Shown here one piece after another: positions 1 to 13,950 of a stretch of 64,000 nucleotides of DNA; position 1 is the stretch's first letter, and each line of letters begins with the position of its first letter. The translations under genes were made by a program, and so were the position numbers. The notes beneath the pieces were generated by a model. The model saw only the letters and a list, made by a program, of their open reading frames with translations, had not been told where the DNA came from and did no database searches. Origin of the DNA: Tubiluchus corallicola (lineage: Eukaryota; Animalia; Priapulida). The stretch lies in NCBI GenBank assembly GCA_030141605.1, contig JAQGDQ010000208.1, forward strand, positions 1 to 64,000, written 5' to 3'.

Positions 1-119
1 ACCGGTGCATTCTATATACATTACTCGTCGTTTTTATTTAATTTCAGGTGAATACATAATTAGTTATTTTTGTGTATTGTAGGCTTTGTCTATAAAACTG
101 GTTGCTGTTTGTATACTTT

Positions 120-170
120 ATCACACTGAAGGTGACTGTTAGGCTGTGCAGTCGAAACGTTTGTCATGAT
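120..170 (+). ncRNA. Degenerate Penelope-type minimal hammerhead ribozyme-like motif (probable PLE terminus remnant)
   Basis: CTGAAGG-T (126-133), stem GACTG(134-138)/CAGTC(149-153), GAAA-C-GTTT-GTC (154-165). The core has G in place of the conserved A9, and stem I is imperfect (ATCA/TGAT). Confidence 0.35.
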
Positions 171-951
171 TTTAGTATTTTATGTGTTAAAGCTTTTTAT
201 AAAAGTTGTTTCTGCAATAACACGATTACAGTATTTACATACGCATTACTGAATAAATTATTGCAAAACTGATCACGCTCTTTCACTGTATTCACTTTTC
301 ATTGCCCTATCATGTTTCAATTTTGAATATAACACTAGAAAATCATTTCATTACTACCGACTTTTCCCAAACAGGCAGTTTCATGCTAGTCATTATTAAC
401 AATTTAAGCCGCAAATTTAAGCCTTTTTATGCGACTGTTCCATGGTGAGAACATTGCGCCTTTGGTAGAGTCTCAATATAATTATAATGCACTTCTAATT
501 ATACTAATTATAGTAAATTCATATCAATACAACCGTATTGATGTAGTGTCCAGGATTAAGCTTGCATGATTATACAGTTTGATCGTGGCTTTTGCAGAAG
601 CTAATTATCAGTGAGATTACAATATGGCCTTTGGGAAAGAACTCTCACAAACCCTACCAGGTAAAAAAAGAACGCGAGTTAGCGTAAAGGTGTATGCAGC
701 GGAGCAGCTATTAATACCTTTGCGCCTTGCGCCTTTATTGGAGACGGAGCAATAATATTTACGTAAGTAGAAGGCCATTATAGCAACATTACTGATCTAG
801 ATTTGCTAGGTAGAATTTCTTCAGAATTTAGTTGCTTATTAATGTTAACCTCGAATTATTTACTCAGTTTGCTAATGGCACTGCTGCTGCACGGAATAAC
901 CCTAAGTCTACGTTCAATCATGTCCCATTTCCTACTAAAACAATAAAGCTT

Positions 952-954
952 AAT

Positions 955-1018
<64 letters not shown>
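952..1018. repeat. (CA)n/(TA)n compound microsatellite
   Basis: Directly visible dinucleotide runs. Confidence 0.95.
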
Positions 1019-1020
<2 letters not shown>

Positions 1021-1077
1021 ATGCTCGTCAACATCATTTACGTAACGACCACAACACGATGTTGCCGATCATGGAGA

Positions 1078-1262
1078 TAATAATAAAGACGATTATGATA
1101 AAGAAGACGACAACAATGATGAAGCTAACGGCAAGGTGACAATGCCGACGACAATGATGATGATTATTACAATAATAACCAGAATGACAGCAATCATGAC
1201 AATGGGCCTGATGATGATGATGTCTCTAGCAAAGACGATAACCACAGTAACGATAGTGGCAA
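1078..1262. repeat. Degenerate (GAT/GAC/AAT)n trinucleotide low-complexity tract
   Basis: Runs such as gacgattatgat, gacaatgatgatgattattac and gatgatgatgat. Confidence 0.7.
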
Positions 1263-2775
1263 TTAAAATAAATCAGAAATGGCAATTGAAGTGGCGACGC
1301 AGGTAAAAAAGAAGCCCAGCGTACAGCTGGATGTAAACGTATTAGCAGCTTTTATGCAGGTTGTCATACAGCAGGGACCAGGGGACCATAATGATTGTAG
1401 CATTGCAGTTACAAATTGGCTTCATTTGTAAAAACACGTTAGATCTGCTTTTTTTCTTACAGTTGCTGACGTCATAAATTAACGTGAAAATCACAGTTTT
1501 GAAAAAATTGCCAGCAGATATACGTGTAGACAAAAGCCAAATGAATTAGTAAAGTAACGCTGATAAATACGCATTTGTAGTACCAATTCAAATACTGACA
1601 TAATGTGTTTTACAATGATTTACAATTCACATTAGCTTAATCATAACAAGTTTTTGATGACAAATTTTTATAGTCCTGGCACAGTTTCGTTTTATGATAT
1701 GGAAACAAAATGTTTTTGGCAAAATTAATAACAACTGACCCAATTCACTGGTCCATTCATGCACTACAGAGGTGAATGACGTAATTTGATTGTTTAGCAC
1801 CTAATCACCTGAACAATATGACGTGGCATAACGTGATATACGACATGACATGAGATGACTCAAACAGACATGACACGAGATGGTTTGGCTTGATCATCTG
1901 TGATGTAGTTCTGACCAGGTATAGTAACTAATTCAAATAGTCACCTGCTTCAGACTTGGACATGCTATCTCTTGGATTGCTTTCAAATGTAGCAGGCTGA
2001 ATTACTTGAGATTTGGCTTGTCCACATCCCATCATCTGAAATGACGTTCCAATCAAACACAAAGTATTTGCATTAAACCATAGCTACATTACAAGTCGTA
2101 CAGTACCCTGTGTCGCAAAAAATTAAAATTTCCACCTGCAGTGAAAAATCAACGCACTTAGGATACCATAAGCCAGTATCCAGCTTTCAAAACAAAGCCT
2201 AGTCAACGCAGCGTTCATGCTAAGTTCCTAAAATAAGTCACTGAACTGGCAGAGGTGGCTAGCTGTCTCCACGAGCCTGAAAATCGGCTTCTGCGAGATA
2301 AACAACTGCAATCTACTAATATGGTGAGTGAAACCATCCAGAGCGAGCACCGAGGTAGTCAACCATTTGCTCACAGACTAGCTTTGGCATTGCCTAACTT
2401 TGGTCCCGAAGTACAAATAATGATCACTCAACTATTCACCTGTCTCAAAGTAAAACAATCTATATAATAACATGTATGCTGTCCTGCCATCACGCCGATC
2501 CATTTGGTGGCAGTTTCTCAATTCAGTAATTGATGTGCTAATGATTTTTTTTGAAGTTGATTATTTCATTATTTCGTTCGTTGATATAACGTTGTAAGTC
2601 TATTAACCTTCGCTAAGGATATAATTTCCTGTTTTTGTATAAATTTTACAGTATATAGCATTAAATTAAGAGGACATTAGCTAATAATGTTTTCCGTTCC
2701 TACTTACTTATGGCGTCACACATACATGGTATAGTTCGCACTACCACTACCGCGCTACACATCACATTCACATTT

Positions 2776-2932
2776 TTAAAAACACTGAACTGACGTTAAA
2801 ACTCAATTTAAAATTTGTTCAATCAATTTTGTGCTTTTCGCTAATTTCACCAGGCTTATTAAAACACTGGAGCTGACGTTGAAACTCACTTTAAATTTCG
2901 TTCAAGTATTTTCGCTCTTTTCCGCTAACTAG
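2776..2932. repeat. Two-copy tandem duplication, ~83-bp unit
   Basis: ttaaaaacactgaactgacgttaaaactcaatttaaaatttgttcaa (from 2776) versus ttaaaacactggagctgacgttgaaactcactttaaatttcgttcaa (from 2859). Confidence 0.85.
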
Positions 2933-3185
2933 GCCTCTGAGAATTATTTACTTTGTAGAAAGCGAGTAGTTGGCGTAATATAGCGAAAGCCGGCATAATT
3001 TAGATGAAATGATGTACTGAAATATTGAGGTTAAAAAGCGAACCGTCGTACAAAGAAAAGAGAAATGGAAGTAACAAAGGAACGGGAAAAGAAGTATAGA
3101 AAAAGAAACAAGTGACAGAAGCAGAAGAGAGAGAAAAATTGGAGTGTAGAGAAATAAGGAGAAAGAGTGAGAGATGGAGAGAAAG

Positions 3186-3217
<32 letters not shown>

Positions 3218-3248
3218 ATATAATAATATATAAATATAAATATAATAA

Positions 3249-3323
<75 letters not shown>

Positions 3324-3330
3324 GAGAGAG
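3186..3330. repeat. (TA)n/(GA)n compound microsatellite within a purine-rich tract
   Basis: Directly visible. Confidence 0.95.
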
Positions 3331-5989
3331 AAATATAGAGTCTAAGAAAGAATAAGAAATATATGGGTAAAAAATGTAGAAGAAGAAAAGAGAACAGAAC
3401 AGAGAAGAAAACTAATACTTACCTGCGTAAACCAGGTTTTATTCTATACACTTGTAAAACTTTACTCTTTCCATGACGCTGAGGTAATTATATACTTCCA
3501 CCACTTGTTATTAGCAAACCAGGGAAGTAATTGATTCTTGTAAACAGAATGACTGTGAAAGATGATTACCGCTGAGATGCTGACATTACCTGCTCGCGGA
3601 AGATATGTGAGTTTGAGTGATCAATATGTTGGAGTTGTACGTCATTTGATACAGGTAGAGAAGGATATCAGCAATGCACATGTGCAGGACACGAAAAGTG
3701 ATTGACTGCCAGGTTTTCATTAAATGAGATTAGTACGTGAGCTTCTGACTTGTGTATAACTGTTCGCAATAATGGCACGAACATGATGTCGCCACTGTTC
3801 TGGGTTGAGAACTTCTGTCAATGAGATTGTCTTTTGTCTTTCTTATTTTTTAGACTGTTGAAACCCAAACGTCTTTGCAGATGAGCAAATACATAATTTG
3901 CGACATGCCAATTTTTGTATGAAGTTAGGAAATTACGGTTTTATCTCATTTGTTTAAATAGAAAAGTTATTCATCTCGTGCTATATGAATACTAGTGCAA
4001 TAAGGAACAGTCAAAAGATGTTCAGAATACAATGACTTATTTTCCTTCACGCAAAGCAAAAAGGACATTTAAAAACAAAAGCGGTCCTTTTTATTTGTAA
4101 TAGAGGTATTAAGGATTGCCTTGCTTCTGTTAGTGGGGGTGTCTCTATTCTAGTTTTGAGATACCCCAGGACGCACTTTGGGCCTTGAATGGTACGCCCC
4201 CGGTAATATTAAAACTGGGTTTGAATAATGAATACTGGAGTATATAATGAATGAGGGTTTATCTAAATCGGCACAACGGTGAGGTAACGAAGCGCAAATT
4301 TATACTAGGTATTATTATTGCGATGCTTCGCATTCCAGACTAGTTGTTATAAGTCTTTAATTGAACTTCAATTCGCAGGTACAAACATATTTCAAGTAGC
4401 ATGTATGATTAAGTAAATATAACTGTTTACAGATATTTATACACAAAATACACGTTAAAAATTAAAAAAGCTATCATTACAAAACAACACAACACAACAT
4501 GTTTGTCAACAATAGCTTTTACCACGTTTATACACGGTAATTTGTACGTAATTTATTGAATCATTATGACAAGTGATGACATTGACAGTTATTTATCCCG
4601 AGAGATGGCTGACAAATCTGCTTTATTTACTTAATGACAGCTCCGAATCACAGTAATGACTCGAGCTATACGGAATAGCAGTTTTAAATCATAGTGTGAC
4701 GGCGGCATCGGAAATTGCTTGGGTGAACTTTTTTATTTAATAGCTAGTAGGATGTTGCAGGTGGGAGAGCAGAGCGTGTTCACAAATTCACTCTTAAAAT
4801 CAGCATCAGAGGTGGTTGTTAATTGTTTTCTTCTGCGGTTCCAGCTTTGCTGTAAAAAGAGACGCTAGATATGTGAGTTATACTTTATTTTGCATATGAT
4901 ATTGCAAACACAAACATAATAATTTTATGATGATGAAAAATGACAAATCAAAAGCATTAAGCCATTAGTAAAAACTAAAATTCGTACCCAAAACCAAATC
5001 AAATTGCAAAAAGCCATAATGCCATGATACTAGTCGACTGCATGCAAAAAGTACTGGCAGAACAAATATAATTTGTAACATAGCTAGGATCAGCCTCCCG
5101 ACGTACAAACAGACCGATAACTGACAACAAACCTCAAAATAAGCGACTCAAACAGGTTAGAAATAAGTTTGTGCGACTAAGAAAAACATGTTTTTGTTTG
5201 ATTTCCAATTTTGATTTCACAGTCAAGTTTTTTGCTGTGATAACTGTAGTAATTGCCAGTGTAATCTACTTGCGCTTTCAATAATCACATTATCGTACTG
5301 TTAGCCTAATGTAGTGTAAGAGTCTCTGGTCCTATTAACAAACCCAGGTTGTGTAGTTGTGCTCTGGAATGGCTACGATACTCACGGCTTCTTTCAAACG
5401 CGTGAAACCCATACAGGTGTGAAGTAGCATGATGACATACTTTTCAGCTATTTTTCAAATAGCTTGAGATGTGCAACCTGGCAGTTAGCCTGCCATTGTT
5501 GAATTGATATTAAGCATGATGGCCTATCGCTCCGCTTTCATTGTGACGGAAGCACGCTCAAGGAAAATCGGAACATCTACAAGTACCACAGCTACGTAGA
5601 TTCTACGTATATGTAGTAGACTCAAAATAGTCTCATTTTGACGGTTGAAGCTATAGTACAGGCATTTTAAGAGAAATGGGGTATAGTATATATTTCATTT
5701 ATTTATTATTAATTAGTTAATTTTAACTACTTACATAATTAATTTTGGTGCAAAGTACCGTGTTTGGTTGCTAATAACATCGAGATCGAGTTGCTCTTGG
5801 ACAGTTTCTTCGTGCTTGTTTTTGGCTCAGGTTTGGCTCCATATAAAGGAAATATCATTTTGACATGTGATTGTTGTGGTAAATATGGAGAATAAGCAAA
5901 TCTGTATCATCATCAATAAGCACTGCGCTTGTTGCGGTTGCAGACTCTACAGCTTTTGCACTATAAGAAGATTAGCTTCCAGTGAGGCA

Positions 5990-6514
<525 letters not shown>

Positions 6515-7864
6515 GTGAGGCATACCATACTCAACAATCTTTTCCATGCAAGTGCATACCAAGCATTTTGATTCACGCATTAAAATTTGTTGTTTATTTT
6601 TTCACAAGAATCACATTTTTATTTACTCTTGTAGGCATGTTTTCATCCACAGACACTGTTATTTCACTCCTGCCGCCTCTACGATTCGGGTGTGTCTTTG
6701 GTTGGTATTCCATGATAACCATCAAATACAACAATTGCGTCTCCATATTTTCGTGTGACATAGTCTGTGTAAAGCTAGTAGATGTATTTGTATGTTGATC
6801 TACGTGTCCAAGCGAAGTACTGATCAAGTGCTCCACCGAACATGCCTTGTAATTACGAAAGATCAGGTTTCAGGATGTCCTAGATGGTGTCTGCTGGTTT
6901 ATGTGGCTGTCGAAGCAAATAAAAATCATCAAACACTGCTGGTGGGTGACTACACAGCTCATACTTAAGCACTGGTGTCACGTCCTTTGAAGCCTTTTGC
7001 TACAATTGTGAGTCACTGGAGCAGTAGCTGAGGCTCCATATGTACTTGCATGATTCTCCATCAATCTCGACTGAAGATTTTGCTGGTCACTGCCTAATCT
7101 TTCTTCTGAAATATGTACTACGAAGCTATCTGTCCAGCCAGGCTTGTCAAAATGGTGTTTCAGATTTTCTTCGTCTTGTTATAATTCACGAGGGATGTGC
7201 GTGGACTCCAATTCAAATATTGGGCAAACTTGGGTCCAAGCAGTGGGGGTTGTTGTCTTGGAGATACCTCAAAACAGTTTTTATTGAAAAGTTTGTCACA
7301 TATTTATTAAATTAAAAAGTTCAATTACACTGATCCAGACCCACGAAAAATTAGTGGGCTCTTCCTTGCGTCATTTCTTACCACTACAAGAAGGTTTGCA
7401 GCTATAATATAATTAACAGGCAAACTAAGAAACAAATATTATTAACTGCATTAACTTATTTACATACCTTATTAATTTTGGTAGAAATTGCAGTTTTCGG
7501 TCGATGTGGATGATGTTGAATCTTTCCCAGACAAGGACGTGTTTGCAAACCTATGTTTTATATAGGCGGCAATGGCGAATCATGACGTCATCAAATTTTC
7601 CATTCTTCAATACTTTGCACCACTCTAATGTAATTCGTAAGTTCATGTTTGCATTCAGCATTCTGAAATATTTCTTTTGTGTTATTTTCGTATGTATCCA
7701 ATTAATTTTGAGTGTGCCCTATTTCCAGGCCCGAAAAACCTAAAAGTACTGTCCTGGCAACCACGTCCATTCATAGGAAAAAACTACCGTCAAATTCGTA
7801 TTCGTATTTAGGTATTCACGAAATACCTAAAACTTTCAGGTTTATATAGCCTATCCGAATGTAG

Positions 7865-8070
7865 GAAACTTTGGTATACAAGTAATTTGGTACAGGTAAC
7901 TTTGGTGCAGGTAGATTTTTTACTATCATCTTAACGTACAAAGAATTTTTAGTACTAAGAAAATGTGGTACGAGGAAAATATGGCACGAAGATTGTTTAG
8001 TACTAAGATATATTGGTACATTGAAGTTTTGGTACTAGGAAAGTTTGGTACAGGAAAATTTGGTACGTAG
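7865..8070. repeat. Degenerate ~15-16 bp tandem array (consensus ~AAATTTGGTACAGG), likely a MITE subterminal repeat block
   Basis: aatttggtacaggt, actttggtgcaggt, aatgtggtacgagg, ttttggtactagg, agtttggtacagg, aatttggtacgtag. Confidence 0.75.
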
Positions 8071-8867
8071 CGAAAAAGAGAGCGTTTCTATACCTCAGTA
8101 CAAAATAATTGTTTCAACTAGAAAATAAAGCAATTCATTCAGTATGATGTTTGAGAATTCTTTCATACGTCTTATAGGTAAAAAATTTAACAGCAACATT
8201 TCTGAGAAGTTTTTACCTAAAAGTACAAGCTAGCATCGACTCACTTTCTTTTTTTCAAATACATGTAGGAATTTCTACAAAAAGTCCAACAATGAAAAAG
8301 ATAAAACACAAAAGCGAGAGTACTGCCTCAATGATCTCTTTTTTTAGATTTTATATTTGGCACACTATTTTTCAGCACAGAATACGAAAATCGTGATCCA
8401 TCACAGAAAAAAACAAGAAAAGAAAACACAAAATATCGCTTAAAACAAACACAATCGCCGAGTAATCTCGTTTTTTCATTTCTTCATTTTGGGATTTTTA
8501 ATTGTTCGTTTCAATTTTTGTGATTAAAAATCATGATCGCCGTCCAATCCCATGTCAGTAGCGCCCTCTGTTAAGCTGAAATACAGTTAATCTGTTCGTT
8601 TTGCTGATAATGCTGACAAGTTTGTACAAGTACTCGATGGCTAAAATCAATTTCCGAAGGTCGTGGAGTAATCATGCGCACATGGCCTGGTATAGGGCCA
8701 GAAAGATATTCGTATTCATTTGAAGAATTTATGCGCACGCATAGTAAAAATAGTGCTGAGTCATTGCTCTAGCGCTTATCTAGTCAATCGCGTGCATAGT
8801 TTCATTTTCACCACTTCGTGATATATTTAGCACCCTATTCATACAACTGCATTTACTGTCAGTAGTA

Positions 8868-11273
8868 ATGGCTTCCCAAAAGCTAAGAGTGATATTATTT
8901 CTCGGTACGGTGAGAGAAGGAAGGTTGGGCATTAGAGTGGCAAAATTTATGCAGATGGAGATGGAGAAGGCTGGGTGGGATGTTACTTTATTTGGTAAGT
9001 AACTAGTTGCCCATATTTATATAATGATAACTTTATTACGTTACTGTCTGTGAAAACTGTCAAATTCGGTAGAATAATTATTTAAAAACCTATTTCTCCG
9101 AACACTCAGTTGCTAACTTTTTTATTAATTTGTTAGCACACATACAAGTATAATAACTTTACATAGTAGAGTGGCTGATTCACTACGAACAATTTCTGTA
9201 ACATACGATCATTATAAGATCGTCGTAAATTCTTTTTATGAATCCTTCCTCGCCTCGGGCGACGTCCCACATTCTGTTACTTGCGTGTTCAGTTTTTTAA
9301 ATACAGGTTCGAAAGATCGTTAGTGAATCCGTCTCTCCTTTTCTATTCTGAGGTTCGATTGTGCAAATGCAGCGCACCCTTTACTTCTACTAAACCTCAT
9401 TTACGTACGTGATTTGGGAGTATTAATATTAGATACCCTGAAGTGGAACATAATTTCTCAGGCCAATATATGCACTGGAATGATAAAAGTACAAAAATGC
9501 TGCATTTTATCATATAGAGCGAAAGTTATTGTACTTTTGTACAATAATAAGTACAAACCCTGTGATGTACTTTTGTACAATAACAACCTCAGATTTTTCT
9601 TTGTCGTCTTCCCTACAATAAATACAACACAATGTAGTTAGGTTTAACTTTGGTCACCTCAATATGTGAGTTTAATAAAATGCTTTAGAAATACTCCTTA
9701 TTAGTATGGCTTCTGATAGTCAACTAAGGTCTGTGTCGTCTTAAGTGTAATAACACCGTGATCTTATTAAGTGTTACAAAATCATAACTGATAATTCTAT
9801 TTACATAATGACAAATTCTTTTCTAAAGGACAACGTGATTTATGTGGATGCAATTCTAAATTATTTGTACAGTACTGTCGCTACCTTACACACTGATATT
9901 AGAGCCCACTTCTCTCTTTATGTTGTGTGTCCCCAACTTCACTAGGTTATTAATAGTGAAACCATTGAAGCATCAAATCTGTCTTTGTTTTGTATATTGT
10001 TGAAGACAGACTTGAAAGATCATTTTATGGCCTCTAATTTTGAATCTTCGCAAGCAAGCAAGCTATAACATAATGTTCTTTCCAGATCCGGAAGCATTGC
10101 AGTTCCCGCTGCTAGTGAAACCTTTACACTTCTACAAAGACGTCTCTCAAGCGCCCAAGCTGTTGAGGGATTGCAATGAGAAGATTAGGGCAGCCGATGC
10201 ATTTTTGATCGTGTCAGCAGAGTACAATCACAGCATTCCTCCGGCACTGTCCAACATGCTGGATCACTTTCCAGGCTCATCTTTCAGCTGGAGACCTGCT
10301 GGCATTGTTTGTTATTCACCAGGTATATAGATTGAGAGCCTACTAGTCTTTATCCTGTCAACACGGAACATCTTTATGGATGTGTCTTGCAGAGACAACC
10401 TGTCCAGTGTGCTCACTCTCATGCATTATGTAATTATAGTCTGCTGGAATTCGTGCAAGTACAGTTTGAACAGTTATAAAAAATGGCTTGTTGTTATTAA
10501 GATTATTTATATTTTTGCTAAGTGTGACAAAGTGTTCACTGCATGTGCTTGCAAGTGACCATAGGCTGATTGTGGGGTTCAGTATTCACTCTAGATACTT
10601 TCACTCAGTACCTACTGTTTATTTTGTAGGGATAAAAATTTGTGTAAGACACCTCTGTTAGTTTGCTGTTTCATCTTTAGGACTAGCCTTGATAGTGAGC
10701 TAGATTCCAGTGTTGCCATAATCATCTACTCTCTGCTAGACTGACTGCTGAGCGCCAGATTCCTGTTTCTCATGTGCTGAACTACACGTATGTCCACATA
10801 AAAAACATCCTGTTGCCACAAGTTACTTTTTCTTTCTGACCCTTGTAGATAAAAATAATGATGAAATTTTGCAGTCAGCTAACATGCTTGACGTAATACA
10901 AATTGACGTATTTGATTGAAAGATGATGGTTGATAATTGAATTTTATTTCTAGCACCTCTTATAAATAAAATGCCTCATTTACATTTCGTCTGATTGTCC
11001 TCTATTTACTAATTTTGTTTCACTTAGTTAGTTTAATTTACAGGCATTTATGGAGGTATGCGAGCGGCTATGCAACTACGAGCCTTTCTGGGTGAACTGG
11101 GTATGGTAACCGTCTCTAATCTCTTTGGGATCCCCAAAGTACACGAGAGCATAGACGAAAATGGGACACCTCTCAATAGTCATATGACCTCTGGAGCAGC
11201 AAAGCTCATCCAGCAACTTGAGTGGTTCACGGAAGCCACAAAGAACCATAAGGACAAAGTTGGAACACCGTAG
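8868..11273 (+). CDS. NADPH-dependent FMN reductase / quinone reductase (flavodoxin-like fold; ChrR/SsuE/Lot6 family), 197 aa
   Basis: Exons 8868-8994, 10086-10322 and 11044-11273 (594 nt, both introns phase 1, GT-AG). Motifs: [16 protein letters not shown] (FMN phosphate loop), [49 protein letters not shown]. Confidence 0.92.
9168..9336. mobile_element. Short degenerate MITE-like element in FMN reductase intron 1
   Basis: Imperfect terminal inverted repeats: agagtggctgattcactacga versus the reverse complement of the right end, agagacggattcactaacga. No clear TSD. Confidence 0.4.
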
Positions 11274-11479
11274 TTGAACTTTTTGGGTCAGGGTGTCTGG
11301 TCCTGTTACCATTCACTGAAGGAATTTGTGTGATGTGAAATTGTTACCCATCCACCATTTTTGTCGATTTTTGTAATTACTTTGAACGATTATAATTCAA
11401 CTTCATTCTTTTTCAATTTTTTTAATTACTTTAGTTAGCACATTAGGCAAAAATATCTACTAATTGCATATGAACTTCA

Positions 11480-11760
11480 GAAAACATCTCACCCAACGGC
11501 ATAACACATCTTCTCATCCGACAACATGAGAAAACATCTCATTAATAACATGTGAAAATATCTTCTCACATCATATTAAACAACATATGAAAGTATCGCG
11601 TAACAATGCATTATGTGAAAATGTCTTCTCACCAAGCAACTTAAGAAAGTACATCTTCACATGGAAGTTATGAAAAATCTCCTTGCACAAAAACGTATGA
11701 AAACATCTCTTTACGCAACAAGATAAGAAAATGTCTGCCCATTGTATAGGAAAACCTGTC
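11480..11760. repeat. Degenerate ~27-bp minisatellite with conserved GAAAACATCTC-like core
   Basis: Core starts at 11480, 11530, 11554, 11589, 11617, 11645, 11672, 11699, 11727 and 11750. Confidence 0.75.
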
Positions 11761-13908
11761 ACTACCATTAAAGTTACGACAGGAGGTTGTGAAAACAAAA
11801 TGTGTCAAATGTTAAACATGTTTTAAGCATTAGACTATTAACTTGAACTTAAATTTTCTGTGATAGATATTATTCTGTTATGGTGCAGTAGTGATGTTAA
11901 ACACAGTAGTTACATGTTCGTTTTTATGGTTGATGTTCGTTTATATATTGTGTATTCAAATTTTACGCCAGTAAGTTGACAATAGACTTTAAAACAAAAT
12001 TTTCTAGCATTTTATAAAAGGATTGTCTTTTATATGACATTTATCATCCTTGTGATAGACCCTGTATTAAGTTAGGAGCTGTGTATATTCCAGAGCAAAA
12101 GTATTCAAAGTAACAAAAAGTAAGTATCAGCTATTTTTGAGATAGCTATAGGAAACCAAATGTTGAGCACTCACAGTGGGACCTCAAAGCGAACCACAGT
12201 GGGAAGCAATGCTGATGTGATTAGTAAATTGATGGGTAATCAACTGTTTCATCAGCCATATTGGTCCACTTATTGAGAAAAGGATGCATACAATCCAAAC
12301 ATGCTTCTGTCTTTTCTTAGAGGATTATGCTTGAATTACCTGGATTGCTGTCGTGTTACAACCATCTACATTTTGTAGGCTCTGCTGTTGAGTTTTGCCA
12401 CTGGCTTAAAAGCGTGGAACATGGCTAAAAAGTACATCAATTAAAAAAATTGCTAAATTACAGAAGCTAATTATTGGAAAAGCTACCTATTTTTATGAAA
12501 ATGTTATTGTGATCTCACTTTTACATATATTTCCTAGGCCTCAAATTTTTTTTATTACTCTGTTATTAGAGTATTATCTAGGTCATATACAAAAACATGT
12601 TCCTTGAGTGTAAGTATATGAATTTGTAGATAAGTAGGTCATAGTTATGTCTTGTTCCTGCATGTTTTTATCTTATACTAACCATGTTTCATTTTAGCAA
12701 AGGAGTTTATTTATGTTTGACCTACCTCAAATTAGATAGCCATTCCGAGTAACAATACAAAAGTATATAATCATGATATCATGCAGAAGGTGAAGTTTAT
12801 TCTTGTTGCACCTGTCTTTCATGTACTGTTCAATTTTTGTTCACTAGTTAGCATTTTTTCACTTCTAGGAGTTCTTGCAATACATGTACCAACTCCAAAA
12901 AGAAGTTCGTTGCTGTAAAGCTACTGTATGTAGTAAATACAGACATGTCAGGCAACAAATAAAAGGTATCAAAATGTTGAATGAATTTTACCTATGTTTT
13001 TTTGGATAATTAATAAGAATGATAAAATATTATCAGAAAACAATGAACAACATTGGAAATTAGACTGCTCCCAAAAATAAATACAGAAATAAATGAAAGG
13101 TGTCTGTCCTACTTGATCTACTAAGAGTTTGCAAGAATAATTTCATGCTGAAAAATAAGTTACTATACAAATACATAATTAAACATAATCAGATCAATAC
13201 TATATTTATAAGACAGTTCTTGGGTACTCCAAACAAATGAAATGGTTTTTTTTCATTTGCAATGGCAACACTCTGGCAATGTTTAAATCAGGCGATTAAC
13301 GGGTTACCTGATTACCAACAAAATCGAACTTGCCTCAAATTCTACATTACTTTAATGGTAATTTGCAGACTAATTTTATCTACAATTAGTTAGATCTTAC
13401 ATTAGAACAACCAGCAATGTATGACTAGAATAATTTTTGTACACAGAGATTTGCAAAGAAATGACAGTAAAGTTGGCTATAGGTCTATATATGCATAAAT
13501 TAACTTACTAAATGACATTACAAAAATCCAATTAATAAAACACACTTAGTATAAAAAATATAAATTAGCTATCATTGTAATTAGGCAAATTCATAATGAC
13601 ATATTAGTTTTTCTTCTTGTACATAAGTGAGCTGCTTGTGCCTCTTAATATGTATGGAAAACTCAACTTGTGGTAAATTCATTTGTTACCATAAATGTTT
13701 TTAAACTAATTCAATTTTCCTTATCAGAATAAAAGGAAAAATCATTACCTAGAATCATTTTCCTTACCATAATTAGTGAATTGAAATTACAACATGATAA
13801 TTGCTTATAAGTGCAGCAACAGAATTTGTCAATAAAATACAGTATTATATATTACGACTGCAAGTCGTACTGTAGTGCAATTACACACTTGTATTGTTTC
13901 TTAACTCG

Positions 13909-13950
13909 CCCCTAGATGGCAGACAAAAAATGCTCAGTCACCATAGCAAC
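13909..13950. promoter_or_regulatory. CTCF-like motif next to an RFX X-box
   Basis: CCCCTAGATGGCAG (13909-13922) and GTCACCATAGCAAC (13937-13950). Motif match only. Confidence 0.4.

Noticed and set aside
3423-3474. Possible first coding exon on the minus strand (good ATG context and strong donor)
   Set aside because: The ATG frame hits TAA after 11 codons, before the donor.
11480-11760. CRISPR-like repeat-spacer appearance
   Set aside because: The cores are only ~11 bp and degenerate, the spacers are short and partly related, there are no cas genes, and the context is eukaryotic.
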